Shown: positions 37,926 through 49,360 of the stretch, in pieces
How the letters are laid out: each line of letters opens with the position of its first letter
Numbering within the stretch: the stretch's first letter is position 1
Assembly (NCBI GenBank): GCA_013239625.1
Contig: MU053561.1
Coordinates: forward strand, 3,178,283-3,242,282
Origin: Lama guanicoe
Lineage: Eukaryota
Reading direction: 5' to 3'
Length of the DNA: 64,000 nt
Program-made: the position numbers and the translations under genes
The notes under the pieces: generated by a model
What the model was told of the DNA's origin: nothing
What the model saw: the letters and a program-made list of their open reading frames with translations, nothing else
The model's database searches: none

Positions 37926-38901
37926 TCCAAATCTGCCTCTGTTTCACACCTTGCTAATATTACTTAGACAGAAGCCAAGACACCCACATAATCTTTTCAA
38001 AGAGCTTTCAGGTGTATAGTCTCATTACACCATTAGCATAATTTATTGTGCCCATTTTACAGAGAAGGAATGTAGAGCACAGCAAAGTTAAATGACAAAA
38101 CTAAGATCATCTGACAGTCCAGGAGAAAAGCAAGTATTTTTTTTAAAACATTTTGAAAATCAAGTTTTTGATTTAAATTCCCAGATTCTTTATGCTGCTA
38201 CTGAAATAGTGATTGAGGTCCACTAATAGTGAGGAACAGTTAGAAAAATAATTAACTGCAAGTTCTTAGGGTCCTGCCTTTATTAGCAGCTTTACCACAT
38301 GAAATATTTTATGAGTCTGCCTTCCTGTGGTGAAATATCAGACTTGTGAACCTTTAAGCAACTCACAAATGCAGATGGATTTCATTTGTTGAGGGCCAAA
38401 GAGTCCCTAGAGTTGACAAATTGTTAGCTGTTGTAAACATGGCTCACAGATGTGCGCTTTGGAGATGGATGGGTCTCAGTGGCTGAGCAGGCCAGAATCT
38501 ACTCCCTGTGTAAACTTGGGCGAACTGCAGAACATTTAAAAAGCCTCAGTTTATTCATCTGTAAAATGGGGATTCTAATATTGACCTCTTAAGGTTGGAG
38601 GGAGCTATAAAAGACATGTACAGTGTACAGACCTGCCGTCCCAGATGGCATTCATTAAGCATAAATTATCTTTTCCTACTCCATCCCTTTCTTTCTTTCT
38701 GGAAGCTGTAGATTAACAAAAGCCAGGAAATAACACAGATGTACAGGGAACACACACAAAAATAATTTCACCAGAGATATTAAGTGTTAGGTGGAAAGAA
38801 TCCTTACAAAGCAGCATTTGGGTGGCTAATAAAACCAAAATGTGTTCTCCGTTAAAAACTCTGAGAAGCCAGAACCACCAGTCGGATACTGCAAGTCTCA
38901 C

Positions 38902-39086
38902 TTTACACTTGGATCTGATTTTGGCTAAAAGGGCTGAACTTTTGATTGCATTGGTGACTTCAAGTGTCTCCAGTGGCCTGATGTAGTCATGGAGGACGGC
39001 GATTGGACAATCAGGCTGGACACACCTCAGATAGTCCACAGCCAGCTCACTGATAGGATCAGACCCAGAGCCCAGTGCTGCGTCAC
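38902..39086 (-). other. Candidate internal exon of an unidentified minus-strand transcript
   Basis: Acceptor ttttcaatgtgtag|G and donor AAA|gtgaga; one frame open throughout (DAALGSGSDPISELAVDYLRCVQPDC...KIRSKCK); peptide not recognised. Confidence 0.3.
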
Positions 39087-39379
39087 CTACACATTGAAAA
39101 TGTGTTCAGGACGTCTGTCTCTGTGGTTTATATGTGTATATATACATGGAAATAGCCCGCAACTATTGCAAGACAACCAATCTCAAACTCATCTCAGAGG
39201 GTCTTGTCCCGCACCCGGGATCTGTCCCAGACTGGGCTCCCAGAGGGGCACTTCTCAGACACCCTGCTCTCGCCTGCACGAGCCTGCTTCAGAGGGAGCT
39301 CCTATTTCACTGAGAGGGTGGCTGTGCAGCCTCGGTGACAAGCCGCTGGCCATCAATATTTGAATAGAGGCCCCTGAAC

Positions 39380-39775
39380 AGGTACACGTGCGCTGAGGTG
39401 CACAGTTGCAGGAAGTGCCTATGTCCTCTTCGTGTGGCCTTTCCGACGCTGCCCAGAATAAACCGCCTCATCTCAGGCACCCGGTGGAGAACAGGTCGGG
39501 GAGAAGGAGCCGGTGCAGGCCAGCCACCCCACGTGCAGACGTGCTATCTTGTTCTACAGACTCTGTGCTATCTGCCGGTTGCTAGTGGCTCAGCCAGCAC
39601 GTTTAGCTGTGCCCTGGGGCTGGCAGGGGTTTCTGGATAATGTCCCACTAAACTTCAGGGACTGGCTAGTCTCAACGGCCTTTCCTCTAGTATTTAAAAT
39701 GAATTCCACATCTGTCCCCAACAGAAATATTTCCCTCGCATTGCATAGGCGTTGTGTTACCACCCACGTTCTCAC
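39380..39775. promoter_or_regulatory. Putative enhancer/promoter with clustered E-box/HRE cores
   Basis: CACGTG at 39385 and 39530, GACGTG at 39538, CACGT at 39598 and 39765, in locally CpG-retaining non-repeat DNA. Confidence 0.4.
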
Positions 39776-39896
39776 TGTCATGAAATCCTAGGGCTTTTGG
39801 CCAAGATATGCCAGTATCTGGTATGCCGGCAACCAGAGTGTCCGCCTCTCCAACCCAGACATTTATTACTGCATGTTGACCTTCACAGTTGTTTCT

Positions 39897-40076
39897 TTTT
39901 TTTTTTCTCTCTCTCTAATTTTTTTTTTGGTGGGGGGAGGTAATTAGGTTTGTTTGTTTGTTTGTTTGTTTATTTATTTATTTATTTATTTATTAATGGA
40001 GGTACTGGGGATTGAACCCAGGACCCTATGCATGCTAAGCATTCACCCTACCACTGAGCTATATACCCTCCCCCAC
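39897..40076 (-). mobile_element. tRNA-Ala-derived camelid SINE (vic-1-like) with microsatellite tail
   Basis: ggaggtactggggattgaacccagg...ccactgagctatataccctcccc; TSD cagttgtttct (39886-39896 / 40077-40087). Confidence 0.9.
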
Positions 40077-41013
40077 CAGTTGTTTCTGCCTCTAGTCAAC
40101 TAATAAAAAAGTGATTTAGCTTTTTTCTATCTCAGTTTCCAAATCCATCAGAGATAATTACCCCTGCTCCATGTGCCCTCTAAAAATTTGGTGGAGATAA
40201 AATAGGATCGCATATATAAGGACAGCTTAAAAAAGTATATAGAAATAAAGGTGGTGGTATAGGTTTAACAGTAAAACTTACTTGCTTTGGATTCCACTTA
40301 CGCAGAGTAGAAGGGGCAGTGCAAACGTTTCCCTTTGCCCTGTTATGAAGAAAAGATGTATTAAATAATTGAACAATGCAATTAATATATGAGGGATACA
40401 TAACCTACTTATGAGAATGATCGGGTTCCACAAACTTCGCAGCAGTCACTTACAAATTAAAAATTAACGAGCCATTTCTCTGTGTGCTCCAAGGCAAGTC
40501 ATGGAGCACCCTGACTTAGCAACACTTAGCTGTTAAAATCAGAAATAGCATTGGAAAGGAACTTGCAGCTCATCTAAGCCAAATCTGTCATTTTACAGAT
40601 GAGACTGACTTCCAAGGATAAGTAACATGTCCAAGCTCTCTCAGTCCACTGGAAAGCCAAAAATTAAACCAGAATCAAGTGTCTGTTGTCATTCCACGCT
40701 GCCTCCTTTGTTGGCCTGGCTGAAGCTAATTTTTCAGTTCCAAGGGAACAAATTCCATTTTCTTCAAGTGGAAACTTACACAGAAACACAGACTCCTTGG
40801 CTAGGAGTAAAATAAAAGTAACTATTACTGCTCCTCACTCTCTCCCTTGACCTGCCATGGATTCAGGTTTTGTGGGGAGCCTGAAGCTTTTTAGATTTAG
40901 GGGATTCTCTGTCAGAGAAAGAATAAAAATTATGAGTAAAAAAATTATTACAAATATAAATGTTTATTTAAATTGACAGAAGGATCACAATAAGTTAAAA
41001 TTTTTAAAGTTGA

Positions 41014-42551
41014 AAAACCCAATTGAAAAATGGGCAGAAGACCTAAATAAACATTTTTCCAAAGAAGACATTCAGACAGCCAATAAGTACATGAAAAAAT
41101 GCTCAAAATTGCTAATTATCAGAGAAATGTAAATCAAAACTACAATGAGGTATCACCTCACACTGGTCACAATGGCCATTATTATAAAGCCCACAAATGA
41201 TAAAAGCTAGAGAGGGTGTGGAGAAAAGGGACCCCTCTTACACTGCTGGTGGGAGTGTAGTTTGCTGCAGCCATTATGGAAAACAGCATGTAGATTCCTT
41301 AACAAACTGAAAATATTCTTACCATATGACCCAGCAATCCCACTTTTGGGTGTATATCTGGAGAAAACTCTAATTTGAAAAGATACATGCACCCCAGTTG
41401 CGGGGAGCCGCTCGTGACGGAGGGCTGCCGAGCACAAAACTTGGGCGTAAAACCCCAAAGTGCAGGGCGCCAGGCTCTGAGATTGAGGCTGCCGAGCACA
41501 AAGGTTGGGCCTAAACTCCCACAGTGCGGGGCGCCCGGCTCAAAGGTCAATTGAGTTAGAACAATCTCTGTCCCGCCACCTCTTTTACTAAAGAATGCAC
41601 CAGGTGCGCTAATGCCTGAGGAAACAATCTTTGAGCTATTAAGTCACAAAGGACCTTCGGAGGGAGAGATACAATTGGCACACAAATCAGTGATCCTTTT
41701 AGAGAACAATCACCTGAGTTGAATGTATCACCTGAGTTGAATGTATACGAGTCACGAGGTTAGGCCTTATTGCCTACGTGCAGGAATGTATGAGCTAATG
41801 GGTTAAAATCATATAAAAGAACCACCTGAAATAAACTCGTCGTCCACTCTTGACCTAGCGTCTTGCGGGCTAGAGTGAGACCCTCTCAGCCCCACCTTTT
41901 AGTCTTGTCTTGCTGTCTCTTTGTTACGTCTTTCCTTTTCTCAGTCCTGCAGCACAGGTTTCTGGACCTGATCGATTGTCGGCTGGCTCCGACACCCAGT
42001 GTTCATAGCAGCACTATTTACAATAGCCAAGACATGGAAGCAACCTAAATGTCCATTGACAGGTGAATGGATAAAGAAGGTGTGATATATATACAATGGA
42101 ATACTACTCAGCCATAAAAAAGAATAAAATGATGCCATTTGCAGCAACATGGATGGACCTAGAGATTATCATACTAAGTGAAGTAAGTCAGACAGAGAAA
42201 GACAAATACAATACAATATCACTTACATGTGGAATCTAAAAAAATGATACAAATGAACTTATTTACAAAACAGAAAGAAACCCACAGGCAGAAAACAAAC
42301 TTATGGTTACCAAAGGGGAAAGTGGGGAGAGAGATAAATTAGGAGTTTGAGATTAGCAGATACAAACTACTATATATAAAATAGATAAACAACACGGTCC
42401 TACTGTATAGCACAGGGAACTATATTTAGTATCTTGTAATAACATATAATGAACGAGAATCTGAAAAAGAATATATATATGTATAACTGAATCAACATGC
42501 CGTATACCAGCAACTAACATAGCATTGTAAATCACCTAAACCTCAATAAAA
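41014..42551 (+). mobile_element. 5'-truncated L1 3' end, itself split by a solo LTR
   Basis: L1 ORF2 end and 3'UTR ending ctcaataaaaa; degenerate TSD aatttttaaagttga / aattttaagttga. Confidence 0.9.
41399..41994 (+). mobile_element. Solo LTR of a class II (betaretrovirus/ERVK-like) endogenous retrovirus
   Basis: TG...CA termini, perfect 6-bp TSD cccagt (41393-41398 / 41995-42000), TATAAAA near 41812, AATAAA 41830-41835; L1 sequence is continuous when it is removed. Confidence 0.9.
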
Positions 42552-44408
42552 ACAATTTTAAGTTGATAGATACCACAAATATTATAAATCCAGAAAAATA
42601 ACAAAATAGTTTTAACTCTTATTATTAATCTTATTAGTGTCTTTTACTAACCATACTTCTTTAAGGTATTTTTCGTTTAAAAACATCCTTTGTAAGCTGT
42701 TTCATTCCCTTCACTTGATAACAGTTTTGTGATATCATTACCTAAATGGAGGAAAAAGATAATTTGATATTTCCTTCCTTTTGGAAGATTCCAGAATGGT
42801 TAATCACTTTTTTACAATTATTTTTGATACCTAAATTCTTTTTCCTTTTAGCTTCCCAACTCGTTATTCGTGTCATATGCATTTTTATGACTGTATTCAA
42901 ATTTGATAAAATGTCTCTTGTTTCTATCACACATGAACCATTTCGAACACACTTGCTTTTGTTGTTCTGCTTGGAGTGGACACCCTATAATTACAGAAAT
43001 TCTCATGCATCCCATTTCTCACAGTGCCCATTAAAAATAACAACAGAAGGGATTTGATTTTCTTTGTCACTGTATATGGTATGGTATCAGGCATTTTCCT
43101 GATCACAGAAGAGAGGAGTTCTAGTCTGATTTAGGTGGTGTAAGAACAGAATCATCCACTTAACAGTCCACACCTTATGTTTGGAAGAATTTCCATATAT
43201 TATCTCCAGATCAATCCATGTCAAACTTTATTTCTCCTCCACTCTTTATATATATCTGGACCTGGGGCTAAAAGAGATGTCCATAGTTTCATGTGACCCC
43301 AGGCTCTGTATGTAGAGAACAAAGATGGTGAGCTGGCACAGTTGGGGATAGGCATGTTTGGGAAAGTCATCCCTCTCTGGGACAGCTGGCAGTACTAAAA
43401 CTACACATGGAAGTGACTGTGACCCACACAAACATCGTCTCATAAACCCAGACTAAACTTATCCTTCACTCATCTTCCCCTTAACTGGCTTCCAAAAATG
43501 CCTGGGGTCCCTCCAGTGTTACCCTACCTAGAGAGATGTGATGGCATGGGAATCTGAGCAAAAGAAGCAGCATTCTTAATCCATTGCAATGAAAATGCAT
43601 TACTTTTGCAAATTTTTCAAAAACCTAAGACCATGTGAACACACTGGTGAGACTCCTGCCAGGGCTTTGGAAGGGATCAATGCCAATGAGAGGGTCTGAA
43701 GGTTAAGCTTCATTGATTTCATGGTGAAGGGGGATCTCTAGTTCACGGAAGAGAAAGAGCTACAGCTCTCAGCAAGCTGGACTGGGTGTGGCACATGCTT
43801 ACCAGGTTGAGACTGGGGGTGTTGTCTGGGCAAACTGAGAAGGAGGGAGTCCAACTGGCCTGGTCAAGCGAGGGCCAAAAGTTTCGTCAGCAGTTTCCAG
43901 CAGAAGCAACTGCAGTTGCACATACCAGAAGAGGTGTCTCGCAACCTTGGGCTGCTCTGGAGAGAGATCAGTTGGTGCTAACGTGGTAGAATCATGTCTT
44001 CTGTCCATGGCAGCCCACTGTTTCTGGGTCAAGCCACCCATGAAAAAGCAACCAGTCATCCCTTGAAATGGCATCACTAAAACCCTGTCACTCTTGTTAC
44101 AGTGTAAACATGACATCTGAATCTCAGTTTGGACGACTGCATCGTAACAAACATACACCGTGATGAACATCAACTAATACAGGGGGCAGTCTGGTGACCG
44201 AAGGGAGAAAGCCTCATTGTAGGTAAACTTCTCAAGGAGGGCTCAGATCCCACACGGAGGTCTGTTGACCTGTGGTCCCTTTCCAGTTTATCCTAATGGT
44301 TTGTTTTACAACATGAACTTGAAGGAAAAAAAATTCTTTAAAATATTCTGAAATTCTGATTTTTTATAGTCACTCCAGTTTTTAACTTTCTATGCAACTC
44401 AGATTCTT

Positions 44409-44764
44409 TTTTTTTTAATTGAAGTATAGTCAGTTTCCTTTGTGTCAATTTCTGGTGTACAGCATCATGTTTCAGTCATTCATATATGTACATATATTCA
44501 TTTTCATATTCTTTTTCATTATAGGTTCCTATAAGGTATTGAATATAATTCTGTGTGTGATACAACACACTTGTTGTTGACCTATTTTATATATACTAGT
44601 TAACATTTGCAAATCTTGAATTCCCAATTTATCCCTTCCCATCCCCTTTCCCCCCTGCTAACCATAAGATTGTTTACTATGTCTGTGAGTCTGTTTCTGT
44701 TTTATAGATAAGTTCATTAGTGTTTTCTTTTTTTCCTTTTTTTTTTTTGGATTCCACATATGGG
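44409..44764 (-). mobile_element. Camelid L1 3'UTR fragment
   Basis: Reverse complement of the 11580-11922 tail; TSD aactcagattctt (44396-44408) / aactcagactctt (44765-44777). Confidence 0.9.
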
Positions 44765-45149
44765 AACTCAGACTCTTAAGGCAATGCATCCGACCTGTGT
44801 CTCCTGTTTTCCAGTCTTTCTAAACCTTTATTTCTGCTTGTCTGGACTATGCCAACAGTCTCTTAAGTAAGCTCTCTAATCTACCCTATGCACTGCTGCC
44901 ACATAAATGCTCTCAGGCTGGCCTTGCCTGTTGTCCCCTGGCAGGAGCAATCTGTCCGAACACCCAGAACCCTTTGGTTGGTTCTCGTCTTCTACCATGT
45001 ATGAAAGTCACTCGCCATTGTGGTTGTCTGTATATGAGTCTATCACCCTGCCCAGAGCACACATTTCTTGCATTTCCAGCCCCCTGCAAAGTCAAGGCAC
45101 AAAATGGGAACTTAGTAGGTATCAATGATGGGCTCCATTGTCGATGTTT

Positions 45150-45640
45150 TACCTGACAACCACAGTGATTGTTTTCTCCTTGCCAGTGATTGGTTTAGGG
45201 AGCTGTCCCATAGAAGAGCCTCTGATCATGGAAATATGGCTAGTGTGACTGAAGTTCTTGGGATTTTATCGAATTCTAGTGAACTAAAATGTAAACTTCA
45301 ACTGCCACAACTATTGCACAGCTCAGGCCAGGTAACTAAGTGACAGTTCTGGCAACTGAAATACAGGGCAGCCAGAGTCTTTCCTCCTGCAGGATGTTGC
45401 CACGTCTGGGCGTGGTACCCAGGACCATGTGGCCATCCTGGAAGCTGGACAGGAGCACAGAGGACAGAGCTGACACCTTGAGGATGGCAGAGAGAGATAT
45501 GGAGAGAGAATCTGAGCCAAGGACTCAGTCAACCTGGAGCTGCCCTTCCTCATGTGTGGGCAAGGACTTTCCTCATTGTGGAAGCCGTTTTGATTAAAGC
45601 TTTCTGCAAATTGCAGCCCAAAGCATCAAAAATGACAGTG
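45150..45640 (+). mobile_element. Old MLT1-like LTR containing a MER3/MER33-like piece (about 45200-45325)
   Basis: gccagtgattggtttagg, gaggatggcagag; inner agctgtcccatagaa...gaaatatggctagtgtgactgaa; another MLT1 piece at about 46080-46385. Confidence 0.5.
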
Positions 45641-47371
45641 CTGTTATGCTAATTGGGTGGAAAGAGGGGCCGGGGTACACCATGTCTGTTGGGAATTGCA
45701 TACATCTTGTGAAGACTGTACATAATAATGCAAGAGAAATATGCAAAAAAGAAACCATCATGGAATCCTTATATATCCAAAGTATGAGTTTCTTCCCCCA
45801 CCCCCAGGCAAAAGACAGGGTTTATGAGCCACTGCTGAGTGAAAAACAAGAATTCTGCAGAGGATATCTGTGCCTCTGGTCTACTGAGGATTCCTTTTGT
45901 CTTTCCTTTCATTTCTGACCCTATGTTCTATGGGGAATCATTCCTTGTGACTCAGGTAAGGGTGACCCCCAATCCCCTTGTCAAAGGGGTGGGCCTGAGA
46001 TGGAGGCCTGGCCTGCAGGATACACCATACCTCCAGCCACAGTGATTGAGGAATCAGCATATAAATGTTAACCAAGGTTTGATAGATGCACAAGATGGAT
46101 GCCGAGAGAGAGGCAGGGTGCTCTTTTTGGGCAAGGGGAGGGGGAACATGGACTGTGGTTTCTATCTGGAGAAGAAAACCCTTTGAGAGTAAAGTCAGTC
46201 CTAAAACCCAGAGGCTCAGGGAAGATAGACAGAGCTTACTGACACTATCTGAGCCCCTGAGTACAGCCATACCTGATGCCCAAGTCAAACTTGGGACTTT
46301 TCATGTACATGAGTCAATGTGCTTAGGCCAGGTTGTTTTGATTTTCTGCCACTTGTGGCTGAGAGAGTCCTGACTGATACAGTAGAGAATCAAACAAGGC
46401 AAGAGGGAGGCCCTGGATCTGCCACAGATTGGAGTGGGGTCAGGTGGAGAAAGATGCGCAGAAGATATGCAACTGTTAAGGCTTTGTGAGGCAGTGGATG
46501 CTGTGGACAGTGGCCTGGTACCCAGACAAGTGTGGGTTTGGGGACAACTGCTCTGAGTCGTAACACCAGCTTAACCACTTACTCCTTTGATAAGTCTGAG
46601 ATAGCCATTTAGACATTAAACTTGGGTCTTGGTTTTTCCATCTATAAAATGGGGAAAGATGACTTCACAAATTTGTCTCAAGCATTCAGTAGGATGATGT
46701 ATATAAAATCCCTCACACAGAACTCGGCAGACAGCATCCCCGTGATTGACGTTAGTTCCCGGCACCAGAGACAACAGATGTCAAAGCTGCTGCAATGAAA
46801 TCGTCCAAAGTGATGACTAACACGCCTTGAATCTCTTCTCCTCACTACCTTTTACTTCTGTCTTTCTCGTTTGTTACTTAATCCTAGTAGTTTCCATTGA
46901 AAATAATACTAGTTACCTTGTTCTTGTGCTTTACACACATTATCTGTAATCCCGGCAGTGATGCTTCACGACATTATTCCTGACCAGGATGATAAAGTAG
47001 GCGGCACCATTTCACAGGAGAGATGAGTGACTGGGCTACACTGGTCCTACATAAGGCAAATCCAGGAGGGCATCTAGGTGCACCCTGTGGGGCAGGACAA
47101 ACCCTGAGGACACTGTTTACCATCTGAAGTTTTCTTTCTCAGAAGTATGGAAGACATACTGTTGTTTTGAATTTCACACCACGGTTACCTGTGTAACTAA
47201 AGAACCTGTAAGTCCCTCAATAGGAAAAAGTGGAAACTGACCCAGTGAATGCCAGACCCAAGGATGTATCCAATTACAGTTCTTCTGGGATATAGATAAG
47301 AGAATATTCTTGAATTTCACACAGGCTGATCCAAAACTGAGCTTTCAGATTAAGTTTTAAAGTAACAGTTT

Positions 47372-47512
47372 TATGTATAGTGCAGGAAACTAAATTCAAT
47401 AGCTTGTAATAGCCTATAATGAAAAGAAATATATATATATAACTGAATCACTATGCTGCGCACCAGAAATGAATACATTGTAACTAAATCAACTATACTT
47501 CAATTTTAAAAA
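47372..47512 (+). mobile_element. Short camelid L1 tail
   Basis: ataactgaatcactatgctgcgcaccagaaat...aactatacttcaattttaaaaaa; degenerate TSD agtaaca / ggtaaca. Confidence 0.8.
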
Positions 47513-48165
47513 AGGTAACAATATTAGAATTTGAGCTAGAAAATGAGATTCGTGCTACGCAGACTTTTCTTTCATTCCTACAAAAAACTGAAATCAAGCC
47601 TCAACATCCCCCATTACCACCAACAACCCCTCCTTGCACCCCCCAAACCCCAATCTGTTGTTGTTGTTTTTAATGTGGGTGGTCCTATTCTGATTAGCAG
47701 CACAGTCTTCATTAGGACAGAAATGAAACTGTTTTTGTTCCTATAGAAACACGACACTTGCAAAGATGTGTCTGAGGATGTTTGCTGCAGCCTGTTTGCA
47801 AGAGCAAAAAAGTGTCCTTATTGTTGGTGTCCAGACACAAGGGGGTTGTTTCAATAATTGGAACAATCTGCTCCAGCTAAAAAGAACAGATAGATTTTTA
47901 TATACTGACATGGTGTGGTGGTGGTGGGGGGATGTTGACAGTATACCTATACGTTTGAAAAGTAGGTTGCAGAATGATATTTAGAATAGAATCTGATTTA
48001 TGGGGAAAAAAAGGTAAGCAAAGAAAGTATCTGAATGATGGAAAAGTCTAGAAGGAACAAGACCAACTTGTTATTAGTGGTTATTGGATTTTTCTTTGGA
48101 GTGGGTCACAGAGGACTTTGACTTTTCATTTTAAAAGTTTCAATGTAATTGTGAGGTTTTGGCTT

Positions 48166-48243
48166 TTTTTTTTTTTTAAATGGAGGTACTGGGGATTGAA
48201 CCCAGGACCTCGTGCACTGAGCTATATCCTGCCCCCTCCACAG
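48166..48243 (-). mobile_element. vic-1-like SINE with internal deletion
   Basis: ggaggtactggggattgaacccaggacctcgtgcactgagctatatcc; TSD ggttttggctt (48155-48165 / 48244-48254). Confidence 0.9.
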
Positions 48244-48478
48244 GGTTTTGGCTTAAAGAAAATTTTTTTTTTTTCCTACAATGAGCCAGTTTGATTTCCA
48301 TAGTCAAAAAAAAGTTTACATATTTTTAAAATTTGAATTAACAGCACACTGATCAATACCGAAGAGGGCAGGCTAAGTTATTAAATGATGTCATTGTGAA
48401 TATCAGTTTCTATATTCTGTGTCCTTTGTCCTGTGTTTATTTGCATAGCCCAGAACGGTTTTTCTAATCACTGACTTT

Positions 48479-48584
48479 GTTTGTTTGTTTGTATGTTTTA
48501 ATGGAGGTACTGGGGACTGAACCTAGGACCTCATGCTGTGTGTGCTAAGCACACACCCTACCACTGAGCTAGACCCTCCCCCCA
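48479..48584 (-). mobile_element. vic-1-like SINE
   Basis: 16-bp TSD tctaatcactgacttt (48463-48478) / tctaatctctgacttt (48585-48600). Confidence 0.9.
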
Positions 48585-49066
48585 TCTAATCTCTGACTTT
48601 TAAGGACGTTTGCCCCTCATCTAACAGACTGCTGGGCTGGCCACAGGGGCGCAGCTGCACCACTTCCTCCCCCACTTACTTCCTCTGTCTCAACAGAAAC
48701 ATCCAACCAGCTACTTGGCTTTTTCCCACATACTAAGTTTCCTTATCATGTCTCTAGTCCCCCAGTAGAATTAAAGCAAGATTAAATTAAAAGAAACCCT
48801 TCTTACATATTTAGGTAAAATATTTTCTTTACCTCATTCTTCTCTTCTGCATTTGCCTCTTGCCAAGCGCTGTGACAGGTGGGGCACCGTCTCTGTGCTC
48901 AGGGCACACAAGCATCCTGGTAAAGACAAACATTGGCAATGACAGTGACAATACACAGTGACTGTATTGCTACTTCTCAGCACCCAAATGTGTGTCAGCA
49001 TCAGGTGCTAGGGGTACAAAGTTAAATAAGACATGATCTCTGACCCCAAGAGGTTTACGATCTAAG

Positions 49067-49360
49067 CAGTGCTGTCCAACAGAAATATAATGCAAGACAC
49101 ACATGTAAATTAAATTTTCTAGTAGCCACATTAAAACATAAAAAGAAACAGGTGGAATTCATTTTAATCAGCCATTTAACTTAACCCAATATATCTAGCC
49201 TATTGTCATTTCAGTATGCAATCAATATACAAATTACCAATGGGATACTTTACATCATCTGGTATATATCTTACATTTACAACACATTTCCATTCAGACT
49301 AGACCTGTTTAAATGCTCAATAGCTACATATGCTGGTGGCTACTACACTGGCCAGGGCAG
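49067..49360 (+). mobile_element. MER33-like hAT-Charlie element inserted in a minus-strand L2 (about 48980-49540)
   Basis: cagtgctgtccaacagaaatataatg...ttttctagtagccacattaaaa...ggtggctactacactgg; flanks gatctaag / gttctaag fit an 8-bp hAT TSD. Confidence 0.8.

Larger units (their letters stand above)
40851..43730 (-). mobile_element. hAT-Tip100 (Zaphod-like) DNA transposon fossil with transposase remnant, split by an L1
   Basis: Ends ggattcaggttttgtggggagcctgaagctt and gaccatgtgaacac...ctgaaggttaagcttcattg; minus-strand 42690-42900 gives MHMTRITSWEAKR and NDITKLL, resembling the hAT C-terminal dimerisation region. Confidence 0.65.

Noticed and set aside
41399..42100. Full provirus or retroviral genes
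   Set aside because: No PBS, gag, pol or env; L1 sequence resumes immediately after the TSD
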